From the NCBI RefSeq assembly GCF_000143415.4, contig NW_003314314.1, forward strand, positions 1 through 45,977: DNA of 45,977 nt, in the 5' to 3' direction. Made by a program: the position numbers and the translations under genes. This DNA is from Selaginella moellendorffii. Its lineage: Eukaryota; Plantae; Lycopodiophyta. Shown here piece after piece: positions 1 to 11,499 of this stretch. A model generated the notes under the pieces. The model ran no database searches. It saw only the letters and a list, made by a program, of their open reading frames with translations, and was not told where the DNA came from. Numbering within the stretch: the first letter of the stretch is position 1; each line of letters starts with the position of its first letter.

Positions 1-330
1 TAAATTTAATCCCATCTTAAGGACTTGCTAGCCTCATGAATGACTTGTATGCCACTCAATTTTTGCACTTGGTCCAAATGCTCCAAATGTCCAATCCCAT
101 GATAAACACCTAAAGATACCAATAACATATCATCCTATTATACTAAAGTTATATCTATTCACCTTTATTTAATTGGTAGCCTAAAACCACCTATACCACA
201 ATGTTGTCTCCCAAAGATTGGGCCATCTGTCCATGAGTGGTCATTTTATGACTACATTTTAGCATCCTTAGGATGCCTAGAGACATAGAAAACACCCTTC
301 TTTAATATCTCTTTTTCAGTCTCTATCTAA
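1..330 (-). mobile_element. Decayed Ty3/gypsy gag zinc-knuckle and protease C-terminal remnant (element A)
   Basis: Minus strand gives a degenerate C-x2-C-x4-H-x4-C-like knuckle (C.KC..K.DHSWTDGP) and FIMGLD...SAKIEW (similar to ILGxDW...AxIDW). The same sequence in copies 2 and 3 lies directly upstream of RT. Confidence 0.5.
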
Positions 331-545
331 TCCCTTTTCATCCATAGTTGTGCTTGCCAACACTACCATTGGGTTAGCCCAAAGGCCTGAAGGCCTGACC
401 ACTAAGTCCTATCCACCTCTAAAACTTCCTTGCCACGTGATTATATGCTTGGTCACTACACAAGAGGACTATTCCTTTTCCTTTCCACAGTCTAAGACTT
501 TAGGATAATATTTCGAAACACTATAGCCCAATGCAAACCTTGTGG

Positions 546-648
546 GTACTCTCCCCACCTTCTGCCTTTAGGTGCCCTAGCCATGTGGCTAGAGCGAGGT
601 TTCGATGAGCCATACCAAATATCCAAGTAGGTAGTAACACCTACACTT
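546..648 (-). repeat. Left arm of a ~103-bp inverted repeat (partner 1548-1650)
   Basis: The reverse complement (aagtgtaggtgttactacctacttggatatttgg...gctcatcgaaacctcgctctagccacatggctagggcacctaaaggcagaaggtggggagagtac) aligns with 1548-1650. Confidence 0.85.
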
Positions 649-958
649 CTATGAAACACAAATCCTTAAACTCTAAACTCTAGACCATTTAAGTAGTTTA
701 AGGGAAATTAAAACCTTTCTATCTTTGCTCTTCTTGCATCCTCAAACAATAGCTATCTAGAGTGGAGCTAAGAGGGTGCCATGTGGTAGTGGTTGAAGTG
801 GAAGCTAAACAAGCGTAACACATTTGGATTAAAAGCTTTAACTCAAAAAGTTGAGAGCAAGAGTGGAACTCCCATTGAAAGCATAAAACAATCAATAAGC
901 AAGCCTCTAGAAAAGGGAATCAAAAGGATCAACATATGACACGTGGAAGTGTCAGAAT

Positions 959-1295
959 TGAGTCCGAGATGGACCTGAGATGGAATCCAAGGAGTCCAAG
1001 ATAGAGTCCGAATTGAAGTTTGAGATGGATGCGAGATGGAGTCCGAGAAAGAGTCCGAGATGGACCCGAGATGGACCCAAGATGGAGCCTGAGATAGAGT
1101 TTGAAATGGACCCAAGATCGAGTCTAGATGGAGTCTAAGAAGGAGTCTAAGATGGAGCCCAAAATGGAGCCCAAAATAGAGCTTGAGACAGGGACTGGGA
1201 CTGGGACCAAGATAGAAGCCAAGACCTAGACCGAGTCCAAGACCGAGTCCAAGACTTAGTCCAAGACCTAGTCCAAGTTTGAATTTGAATCTGAA
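959..1295. repeat. Degenerate 11-12 bp minisatellite (GAGTCCGAGATG/GACCCGAGATG, then GAGTCCAAGACC)
   Basis: Periodic motif seen directly. It produces the low-complexity ORFs 843..1307 and 1147..1386. Confidence 0.9.
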
Positions 1296-1547
1296 GTAAA
1301 ATCCCAAAACAATTATTTCCCAAGTGAGCTTTAAAAGGATAGTAAGGGGAGGACTTCAGTGGAATTAGTTTGGCTAGTAAAACCAATGTGGCTAAGGAAG
1401 GTTATACCCATGTGGTGGGTGATGATATAACTATTGAAGAGTCAAAGATTAAAGTGAATATAGATAGACAAGTGGGGTAACTTGGTGAAGTATTCAAAAG
1501 CTAACTCTAACTCCCCTGGGAGATCAAATAGTCAATGCTCCCAATCT

Positions 1548-1650
1548 AAGTGTGGGTGGCACTACTTACTTGGATACCTGGCATTGCTCATCAAAACCTT
1601 GCTTTAGCCACATGGCTAGGGCACCCAAAGGCAAAAGGTGGAAAGAGTAT
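1548..1650 (+). repeat. Right arm of a ~103-bp inverted repeat (partner 546-648)
   Basis: aagtgtgggtggcactacttacttggatacctggcattgctcatcaaaaccttgctttagccacatggctagggcacccaaaggcaaaaggtggaaagagtat. Confidence 0.85.
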
Positions 1651-1657
1651 CTATTAG

Positions 1658-1997
1658 GGCATCTTTTAGCCCTAATTATGGATCCATCCCTCACATATAA
1701 ACTCACAAAACTGCAGCTTCAAACTCAACAACAAGAGAAAATGAGGAGGACCCTTGATATTTCACCCTCACATGGTTTTTATACAATCATTTGGAATATT
1801 TTAAAAATCAAAATATCCTCTCCCTCTCTCTCAAGACACCCATATCTACAACTGGGGAGTAGGAGTAAGAGTAGTAGTGGGAGCAAGAGTAATAGTAGGA
1901 GTAGAAATAAAAATAGGGGTAGAGGTAATAGTAGGAGCGGGGCAAGAGTAGGGTTAGGAGCAAGAGTAAGAGTTGCTTCTCTAGCTGCAACATGTGA
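1658..1997. repeat. Diverged direct repeat (partner 6914-7235) containing a GGAGTA hexamer tract; possible LTR remnant
   Basis: catcttttagccctaattatggatccatccctcacata... aligns with catctttcagccctaaccacggatccatccctcacata... at ~6917. The pair brackets the gag-protease relic. Confidence 0.65.
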
Positions 1998-3799
1998 TGC
2001 GACGAGAAGGTGGCAATGAGCTAGTGCTGCAACAAGCAACTATTGGTGGGTGCACAAGACTTTGGTGCGCAAGAACCCATGGCTAAGATGCTCCCATATG
2101 CTAGAATGTAGTGTCTAGAGTGGGTAATTGCTGAAACAAAGAGAAATGGGAAAGAAAACAAGAGATGGAAATAAAAAATAAAATAAAGATGAAAGTAGAA
2201 GATGGGAAAGGAGTTTAAAGTGCAAAGATACAAGGAAAACCCAATAGGAAACTATGTAGTTGAATTAGATACTCAAGAAAGTAGGAAAAAAGGGAAAAAT
2301 GAGAAGAAAAGAGTAAAAAAACCAAATGGAAAGAAGCTCAAACACTCTGGAAAGTGAATATGCAAATGCAACCTCAAGCTCATGTAGTTTGTGCTCAAAA
2401 CTTTGGCTGAGAATGAAGAAGAAAGCATAAAGACTGTATTGCCTAATGGTGGTAACTATGAAATAGAAGATGAACTATAATGGAAGAAAGTGATGATAGG
2501 GGATTTTAGTAGATGAATAATATGATTGAGTGTGTCCAAGGATGGGCTCTAATCTGATGTAGTGAAATGTGAAGTCATAGCTACTGCTCACACCAAAAAC
2601 TGCTAGACTACTGCTCAAGGATGCCCTTTGCAATCAGGCTATTTTACTAAAAGAAGAAATCAGTTCTAAAAAGAAGAAAGTTGCAGTATGTGACTAGTTC
2701 ATTGAATATCTCACATGTTATGCATGAGAATATCTTGATTTGTGTTTTTGCTTGTCTGGAAGAGCTTTTATGATGAAGTGTTGTCCACAAATGTCTAGTA
2801 TGAATGGATGATGAATGGTGGAAAATGTGAAAGATATTATTAGGTATGTGTAGTGTGTGGTAGAGAATTCTAGGTGATGAAAATATGAGGATGGAACTGA
2901 TGTAGGGAAAAAACTAAAGAAATGAAGCACAAATCAACAAGAGTCGAAAATTTTTCATACAATCAATAATGCAGCTAGAGCGTGTTCATTAAAAGAGACT
3001 TTCTCCACATAGTTCCTTGACCTGAAAAAAGATGTAAAAAGAGTGAGAGCAGAAAGAAAAACAAAAAAAAACAAAAAAAGTAAAAAAATAAGTGCAAGTG
3101 GCTTCTATGATGGGTGATGATAATGGAAGCATCAAGAGGATGCAAGGAATCCTATAAAAGGCCTAGAATGCCGCTGAAACTAACTTAATCACCCTCAAGT
3201 GTTAGATTGCATCGAAAATGCCTAAGATGGTGAATAATGTCACTGTAAGAGAATCTAGGATGCTGGAACTACTTGGAAGGATGGGAGCCTCCTGAGGATG
3301 GTAGAAAGTGTCCCCAAGGACCTATGGAAGTCATCATGTGTCACTGATGAAGATCTGGTGGTTGAATGAAGTGTCGATAGTGTCGGAGAATGCTTCGAGT
3401 GTTGTAGCAGGATGAAGTTGGGATCCAGCCATGAACCTAAGTTTGGGAAGAGCTGAGATGAGGTGCCAAGTTGGGAGAAACTCCAAGGAAAAGTCAAGAT
3501 GCTGCTAGAAAACGCCTACCACGTTTATGTCATGGTCGTATCCCAAGTGAGTAGCAAGGTTGGACTGCAAGTTTGGGGTGAGAAGTGCCACCAAGAGTGT
3601 AGTCACTAAGCTGGAAAGTCAAAAGTGTACTCAAAAGTGTTGATGTAGTCCAGTCCATGTTGAAGAAGTCAATCATATTGTAGTCAACAATTTGGATCTC
3701 CAACAACGTGTCATCCTTGATAAGTTTCAGGAAAAAAACCTTGAGAGCTTAGTCAACTTCAATAATGGAAGAAGCATCCACTTGAGACAAGCTATATGG

Positions 3800-5600
3800 A
3801 AGTAGAGAATGACCATGGGTATTGAGAAGAGCTACTACCATAGATGCTGTCGGTAATCGTTGATTCTCCCTTGGCCTAAGTTGTCATGTAAGTCCGTCCT
3901 AAGATAATGGAGTCCTTCAGCTTCCCAAATCCTAGCTGTTGGAAGTTTACAACAAGGAAATTTAGCATGGAAACCACTCCTTGCACCTAGATCTTAACAT
4001 TCCAATAGATGCTTGTAGGAATAATTCAGTGATTGGCAAACATTTTGAGGATGATAGTTGTGTTTCTCACCACTTCCAAGCCACTAGAAAGTGCCAAGTT
4101 GAGGGAGATGATGTTGCTCTGGGATCTAGAATCAAGTAATGCTTGTACTGTCAAAGATCTATCGCTGATGTGGACCTCCACAAAGAATGCTTTGGGATCA
4201 TAAGTGGTCTGAGTGTTGATGATGTGGATGTTATACTGATGTTCCATGGGGATGCCTGTGGACTTGGCAAAGCCTCTAGCTAAGGAGTAAAACCAGGTAC
4301 ATATTGCAAAAGCTCACCAAGTGTGATCTAGACTGAAGTGTCAACAATCTAAGCAAGAACTTCTTATGCGACTTGAGAAAGAGTGGAGGGCAGCTGGAAG
4401 ACCCCACATTGAAAGTTGGATGAATATCCAATTGTTGGATTTGAAATTGTGGCCAAGGATGTGGGTGGCATTGCAAATACTGAAGCATGGGGTAACTTGC
4501 ATGCCATGAGAGATGGGGAAGTTCTAGAAACTAAAGCTAGATCTTGCTCACCATCAATATTTGGGGCTAAAGGAGAAACATTCTTGTGCCCTTGAGTCAT
4601 AGCAGCCATCTTATAACTGTCCTCTACAACATAAACTATGTTGACATGCATCAGTGTTTCCACAGCTCGACAAAATGGTGTCTTCGATCGCTTTCTACTC
4701 CAATTGTTGCTGGTATCTATCTCTAGCCATGGAAGAAATATGTTGTCTGGTAGAAGTTACTGTTAAACATGCTGGACAAAAGGTGGTCGAAGTTCTAAGT
4801 GAAGCTTCCAACATCTCTTTATGCTGTGTATCATAACATCACAATGCGAGTAGTACCAAGAACAAAGAGGGCATCTTAGTCTCCCTGCCTACTGTAAGCA
4901 GCATGCTTTAAGCTCCTCAAGTAGCTTCTCTTGCATTTATCATTGCTGCTAGATAATCTCCTTGTATCTTGCATGCTTCGACAATGCCTTCTTGATCATT
5001 GAGGGAACTCTATCATCACTGTGCGGGGCTGGAGAAGAATGGATCATGGTAGCACATGAGCTCTCATCTGAAGGTGGGAGGAAAACCTCCTCTATCCTAG
5101 GAATCTTGAGATCTTGGAGAAGATCCCACTCCAAAGTCTTTACTACAGCAAATGCCTTATAACACATCCAAAACTCTCGCTTAAGCATCTTGCATTTGAG
5201 ATTTCGCTTGAGGCCAAAGATGAATGTAGTGATGCCATGAGGTTCATTTGTGATGAGGACACACTCCTTCTAGTAAAACCTAAACCACATCACATATTCC
5301 AGCACAGATTCACGTGCTCCTTGCCAAAAAATGAACAAATCCATGAGTAAGCGATTTGTTGGTCACTGCTGATCAAAGTGACCTTAGAAAGATGCTTTGA
5401 ATGTGGAGTTGTCAGCCATATCTACCTCCAAGAGTGTCTCTACCCACGTTTCTGCTCGGCTAGTGAGCGATTGCAAGAAGTCACAAAGCTTGTGATCATC
5501 CTCGATGATGCCATTTGACATGCAATATTGCTCGAAATGAGTGACATGTGTATTGGCAAAGATGTCGCCATTGCCAGATAAGTATGTCAAGTCGGTGCCT
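3800..5600 (-). mobile_element. Decayed LTR-retrotransposon gag plus aspartic protease (element B), no RT seen
   Basis: ORF 5384..5590 (THVTHFEQYC...KLCDFLQSLTSRAETWVETL) resembles retrotransposon gag. ORF 4026..4247 contains VQALLDSRSQSNIIS (similar to ALLDSGA), and IILGRTYM follows downstream. Many stops. Confidence 0.7.
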
Positions 5601-6913
5601 CGCTGTAGAATGTGGATTTATGTAGGAAGAGCCATGGATGGTGCACTCCCTGACTCGATATCTGTAATGAATGATGAATCCTCCTCATCAAAAAGAGTAG
5701 TTTGATAATCGAGCTCTCGTAGAAGGTGTGAAAAATGTCCCCATACTCTAGGCACTGTATGGAAGTTTGCTAGTTGCCATCTCTAACTGGAACGAGTGTG
5801 AACTAGCATAAAATGTCCACTATGCAGTAGATGCCAAGTTGTGGAAAATACAACGCACTAAGAACTTTGACTTGTGTGAGAGCAAAGTATCTAAATGGGA
5901 TAACTCCAAATAAAAGAGTATCCTCATGTAGATTTTCCCAAATAAAATCGCTCTCACTCTTGCAAATGCCAATTTCTCACGATAAAAGAAAACAATATTG
6001 CAAAGAAAAGGGGGAAAAATGAAAAAATTAAACTCCAATACTCAAAATGCCTAAGAGGAAAACATTTGCATGGAAATATCTTGACTTTGCACACAAAAAT
6101 GGGTATGGATGGACATGTTTAAAAGTTTATACTCAAACCAAGAGAATGAAACCAAAACCATGAGTTAAAATGCCTAAAATCTCAAAAAACAATTGATTCA
6201 AACATTAAATTCTAGACAATAAAAAGGAAAACAAAAGAAAATGCACTCCCTAGTACAAAAAACACTCATTTTTAACATTGGTAAAGGTAATAACATGGCC
6301 GTAATGATTTCCATGAGAATGACACCTCAAATTCCCTCAAGATTAAACTAGAAACTTGCAAATTTAAGTTATGAAGCGCCGTGAGAGAAAAACTACTCCA
6401 TGTCATAGCTTAAAGTGAATTGGCTACCAAGAAAGGACTCTCCGAAAAGCTTGTCTTTATATTTACATGTCCAGAAATTTTTTTTCTTGAATCAGTCCCA
6501 AAATCGCAAGGTTAGAGTGTTGAAAAATTTGCCATGAAAAACAGAGGAGCGTGATGGACAAAATTTCATTAAATTAGCAATTGAATCCTCCACAAAACAA
6601 TGTGCTCTTTAGCTTGTTAGAAAGAGGATGCCAAGTCACATCGACCCAAAGAAAGAAAAACCAGAATCAATATACTAATCATGAAAAATCACTAGAAAAC
6701 CAAGTGGAAAGAGGTAATGTAGAAAATTAATGTAAGAACGAGAAAAATCTTTAAACTTACACATGGAAGTTGAAACCCCTAATAGTCCTAGAGTCTCTAA
6801 AAATATGAATATAACCCCTAGAACTCAAGATTTCTCTCAATTTCCTAAAACAAGCTTTCCATTCTTTCAAGAAAACTAAACTAGCTTATTCATGTTGAGT
6901 TCACCAAGTTTTA

Positions 6914-7235
6914 GGTCATCTTTCAGCCCTAACCACGGATCCATCCCTCACATACAAATTCACAAAACCATAATTCCAAACTTAATTGCCAGAGGAAATA
7001 GGGAGGACCTTTGATATAGCCTTTGTGAAGTTTTACTATTTGGAATATTTTGAGAATTAAAATTTCCTCTCCCTATCTCTCAAAACAGCCATACCTGCAA
7101 CTAGAGAGCAGGAGTGAGAGTAAGAGTGGGAGCAACAATAGTAGTAAGACCGGGAGTAGGAGTAAAAGCAGAAGTAAAAATAGGAGCAAGGGTAGAAGTG
7201 GGAGTAAGAGTGGTCTCTCTGGTTATAACATGTGA
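6914..7235. repeat. Diverged direct repeat (partner 1658-1997); possible LTR remnant
   Basis: Alignment by eye, including the GGAGTA tract and the terminal ctctct...aacatgtga. Confidence 0.6.
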
Positions 7236-7437
7236 CGTAAAGATAAGTAACAATAAGTTTGTGTTGCAACACTCAAAACAAGAAATGTACCCAAATCTTG
7301 GGATTTAGAAGGTTTTGTGATTAAATTTTGTTATACCTAGGCATATAAAAAACCTAGAGGCTTGGTGTGTTTAGCTGGTTGTGCTTATAGGGATTGTAAT
7401 TAAATCTTAAGTCCAAATTCACATGAGGAGAGGGATT

Positions 7438-9660
7438 AAGCCGAACCTCTGGCTCCGCCACCACAAGCAATTTCTTCGAGTATGAGATCATCTTGCCATC
7501 ATCATCTTCTATCGTCCAAGCACCTATAAGAGTGATCCTGGACAGCATTGAAGCTCTCGTCCCGTTTCCGTCAACTAGAGAGCTTTGTCTTTGATCCGTC
7601 TTGGCATCTCATCTTCTCCTCATCTCGCTGTTCTCACGCCAACGTTTGATGGACTCTTCTCCACTCGCCTGGCTGACTGCTCCGATCTCGGCCACTGTCT
7701 CGGCGAGCTCCGCTTGAGAAGCCCAGATCTTGACAAAATTATCTGCTATCTCCCGATTGATCAAGATATCTCCGAAACTTTGGAGTCGAGGGAGGATATC
7801 TCCTCGAAGAGGTTGATCTTCTCTTGACTTAGAAGTGTGGAGACTGGTCTCTGGCGCTTTGGAGGCTTGCTACTGCTTCCCTGCGCTGCTTGAGCTGTCA
7901 GTACTTGGCTTGCACCTCTGTTCTGTATTTGACTCTCAAGAGCTGGTTACTTCTTGAACTTCCATTCTCGTTTCTTCGACGTGCTTAGAACCTCTGGCAG
8001 TTAGGGAATGCTTCCGCCACTTCAGGCCTTGATCGTGCTGAGAAGCTTGAGCGGAAGCATGCAAAAACACAGCTTCCTGCGAAGCCAGATGCTCCTTCTT
8101 GTCGCATGTAGCGTCCATCTGATCCGTCAAACCTCTGCTCTCACATCGGTTCTCCTCGGCTTGTCTTCTTCATCCTTCAGAGCTCCTCGCTCAAAGCTTT
8201 GCTTTGCATCTGGCACGTCTCTCTCTCCTCCAGCGCCTCGAGTCCCGTGATCCTCTCCATCAGCTGCCAGTTACTTGCTTCTCCAGCCTCGCCTTTGCGC
8301 TTCCAAACTCCGCCATCACGTGCTCTCGCCGAGAGCTCCACCTCGTGCGGCGGATTCGACTCCGTCAGCCATTATCCCCTGGGGCTTCTCCTTCAAGAAC
8401 TCCTGTCCAAACACTTCCCTCATTCCACCAGATGACAGAGAACGTCTAGCGTAGTCTGTCTTATAGTCTCTGCAGCCATCCGAAACCCCAGTCACGAGCA
8501 GCTTCAGCTATATCATCTTCTCGCCATCTTGCAGCCATCTGACACTGGTTTACGTTGTTCCTCGCTACTATCATGGACAGCCTTACCGCAGCAGGCGCTC
8601 CTGAATCATCTCCCTCCACTGGAAAGCCGATAAGATAGATCCCTCCTTGCTCCAGACACTGTAGAGTGTAGCCGAACTTGATCCATTGATCTTCTCTTGA
8701 CTTAGAAGAGTGTGGAGGCGGGTCTCTGGCCTGTTTAGACGCCCGAAGTGTGATGGACTCTGCTGCACTTCCAGACGACTGCTCCGCCTGGAGCCTCGTC
8801 AACCACCGGTTTCGACTCTCCATCTCGGCCACCATCTGGAACAACTCCGAAACTTTCAATTCCAGTCGTTGATCTTCTCTCGACTTAGAGTGTGGAGACT
8901 GGTCTCTAGCTCAGACTTGACGCTTTAGTGACCTGCTACTGTGGTTCTCGACTTCCTTGGATACAGCTCCGAGTTTTCCCGCTCCAACTTTTGGATTTGA
9001 TTTCCCTTGAAGCAATCTGACACTGAGTTCTTTGCTGATACTTTCATCCAAGCAGCTGTACGAGCATTCCTGGACAGCCCTGACCCGTTTTCAAAGTCTC
9101 CGTCAACTAGAGAGCTCTACCAGATGACAGAGAACGTCGAGTGTAGTCTGTCTTATAGTCTCTGCAGCCCTCTCTGTGAATCCGAATACCCCCACCATCA
9201 CGAGCAGCTTCAGCTATATCATATTCTCGCTATCACCATCTCGTTGCAGTCGTTCCCTTGCTACTATTCCTTCAAGCTGTGAACATTATACCGCAGCAGT
9301 ATCTCCTGTCTCATCTCCGTCGACTGGAAAGCCGATAAGATAGATCCCTCCTTGCTCCAGACACTGTAGAGTGTACCCCAACTTGATCCATTGATCTTCT
9401 CTTGACTTAGAAGAGTGTGGAGGCTGGTCGCTGGCCTGTTTAGACGCCTGAAGTGTGATGGACTTCTCCGCCTGGAGCCCTGAGACATGGTTGTCACGCA
9501 CTGCTTTCACGTCTTGGACAGTTGCAAATCTTTGGAGTCGAGTCCTTGAGAAGGTCGATCTTCTCTCGACTTAACTGGTCTATAGCTTTAGTGGCCTCCT
9601 CCTGTGCTGCTCAACTTGCTTGGAGATCCAACTTCTGGATTTGACTCTTGAGAGTTGGCT
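7438..9660 (-). pseudogene. Frameshifted, internally duplicated coiled-coil gene relic
   Basis: CpG-rich. Minus frames give heptad-like fragments (LKSQIQKLDLQAS*AAQEATKAIDQLSREKIDLLK; VSELFQMVAEMESRNRWLTRLQAEQ) broken by stops and frameshifts. The motif gatcttctc(t)ygactta recurs 5 times (~7816, 8688, 8871, 9393, 9557). Confidence 0.6.
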
Positions 9661-9669
9661 TCTCCGATG

Positions 9670-11415
9670 CTAGAGTCCGAGCACTGGCCTCCAGTTGACC
9701 AATCCTTGCAGCCAACTTCTCGAGCTCGGAGCCAACTTCATTTCTCGTTTCTTCGACGTGCTTAGAACAGTTTGCTCGTGTTCTCTTCTCAGGTAAACCC
9801 AGGGTCTAGTCGTCTTAGAGTTCGCTCCAGCCCGGCCGATCATCTTCTCGCCATCATGGTTCCGACAAAACAAACACTCATCGTTCACTTCAGCTCTCTA
9901 CAACAAACACGGAAGTTATTAGCAAACGGCCATCTGGAATCTGGAAGGTATATCAAACTTACCTGTCTCCTCTTGAATTCGGCAACAAAATCTCTCCCCG
10001 CACGATCATATAGTTCTTTTGCCTCCTTCACGAAGACCACCTCGCCGGACTGAAGCTTCTTCCACGGTTTCCTCTCACTCGGGATCCTATCCAGCATTTT
10101 CTGGAGCCTCATCATCTTCCGCGCTCGCTTGATCCTCTCTCGGTCGCTGGATTTGCCGTTGAGCTCCTCGTAAAGCTGCTCGGTGAGTCTGATCAGAATC
10201 CGGAGCGCGCTAACACTCCAAGACTTTTCCTCGTGCTTCTCCTCTTCTGTTTCCTCGCGCTTTTCCTCTTCCAAGCTGCGGATCTTCTTCTCGGTTTTTC
10301 CCCTCTGGTTTAGCCACCGGTTTGCCTTGTGGAAAGCTTCGAGATACGCGAACTCAACATAGCCCCCTCGGCCATCGCTAAGATGGGTTTCACTCCGCCG
10401 TCGGGTGCCGTCGGGAAGAATGTCCTCCGCTGAGGAAGAGAAGCGAACCATCTTCGGCCTGGAACCTGCAAGTCCAGAAGGCCATCGTGAGTCACAGTAG
10501 AAGAAGAATGCGAGAAGCAAAAGGAACCATACCTGGACGACGACCCCCGGCTGGCAGTAGAATTGGCTTGGGTCGCTGCTCCTCCTGCTTGGGCTTGTCA
10601 TTCTCCTGCTGCTTCATCTTCTCTTGATCGTCTTCCCGTTCCAGCTGCTGCTTCATCGGCTTGATCATCTGCTCCTCCTCTTGTTCCAGCTGCTGCTTCA
10701 TCGGCTTGATCATCTGCTCCTCCTCTTGTTCCAGCTGCTGCTTCATCGGCTTCATCCGCTGCTCCTCCTCCTGTTCCTGCTCTTGCTTCATCGGCTTGAT
10801 CGGCTTGATCGGCTGATTCGGCTGATTCTTCTCCTCTCGTTCCAGCTGCGGCTGCTCCTTGTGACCTTGCTCCTGTTTCACCTCGCGCCTGAGTTCCTTC
10901 GTCTCATGGGCTTCTTTCTCCTGCTCCTCCTCGCTCAGCTGCTCAGCTTTCTTCTCTTGCTCCTCCTCCTTCAGCTGCTTCTCGGCTTCCTTTTCCTCCT
11001 CTTCTTCCAGCTTCATCGGCTTCATCTGATCGGCTTCTTTCTCCTCCTCGTTCACCTGCTGGGCTTTCTTCTCTTCCTTCAGCTGCTCCGCTTTCTTCTC
11101 TTGATTCTCCTCTTCGTCCTCCTTCTCTTGTTCCGGCTTGATCGGCTTGATCGGCTCCTTGTGCCCTCGCTCCTGTCGTATCGCTTCTAAGACGATTTTC
11201 ACCTCGTGCCTGAGTTCCTTCAACTTCAAGGCGGCGGCGTCCATGGCTTCTCCCGAGACGGCCTCACAGACACGATCTTGGACCTTCAGCTTCGAGGCCG
11301 CCGCGTCCATGGCTTCCGGGTGGACCTTGTTGTCGCCCTTGTGCGCCTTTTTTGGTCGAAAGAGAGACCACAAACCTGTGACGCATCCACTGCGCTCCTG
11401 CTCTGTTCGCGCCAT
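9670..11415 (-). CDS. Three-exon gene (11415-10533, 10465-9963, 9897-9670) for a 537-aa Glu/Lys/Gln-rich repeat/coiled-coil protein of unknown function
   Basis: ORFs 10492..11415, 9885..10601 and 9670..9888 join in frame across two canonical introns: CAG|GTATGG...TTGCAG|G (10532-10466, 67 bp) and CAG|GTAAGT...TTGTAG|A (9962-9898, 65 bp). 883+503+228=1614 nt. Exon 3 and the stop are less certain than exons 1-2. Confidence 0.75.
10638..10772 (-). repeat. Coding 45-bp tandem repeat x3 (EEEQMIKPMKQQLEQ)
   Basis: The unit gttccagctgctgcttcatcggcttgatcatctgctcctcctctt starts at 10638, 10683 and 10728. Confidence 0.95.
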
Positions 11416-11499
11416 AGCTTGCCCTTTGCAAAATGCCTTTAATGCCCTAACCCTTACTAAATCTATTTCACTTTAATGCGTTCGTTTACATTTCTCGGC

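Noticed and set aside
843-2039. ORFs 843..1307, 1147..1386, 1552..2019 and 1779..2039 (LG-, SR- and L-rich) and their paralogs
   Set aside because: They are by-products of minisatellite and GGAGTA tracts, and their frames and stops are not conserved between copies (e.g. 155 aa vs 80 aa).
7814-9575. CRISPR-like recurrence of gatcttctcttgacttagaag
   Set aside because: Spacing is irregular (hundreds of bp), the copies are diverged, there are no cas genes, and internal duplications of a eukaryotic gene relic explain it.
9885-10601. Overlapping ORFs 9885..10601 and 10492..11415 as separate genes or a programmed frameshift
   Set aside because: A canonical 67-bp intron joins them in frame.
10624-11190. 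188-aa Leu-rich plus-strand ORF (and 30289..30900)
   Set aside because: It is the antisense shadow of the E/K/Q-rich coding strand and has no ATG start.
11445-11456. Telomeric repeat (ccctaaccct)
   Set aside because: Fewer than two units, so it cannot be told from chance or a simple telobox-like motif.
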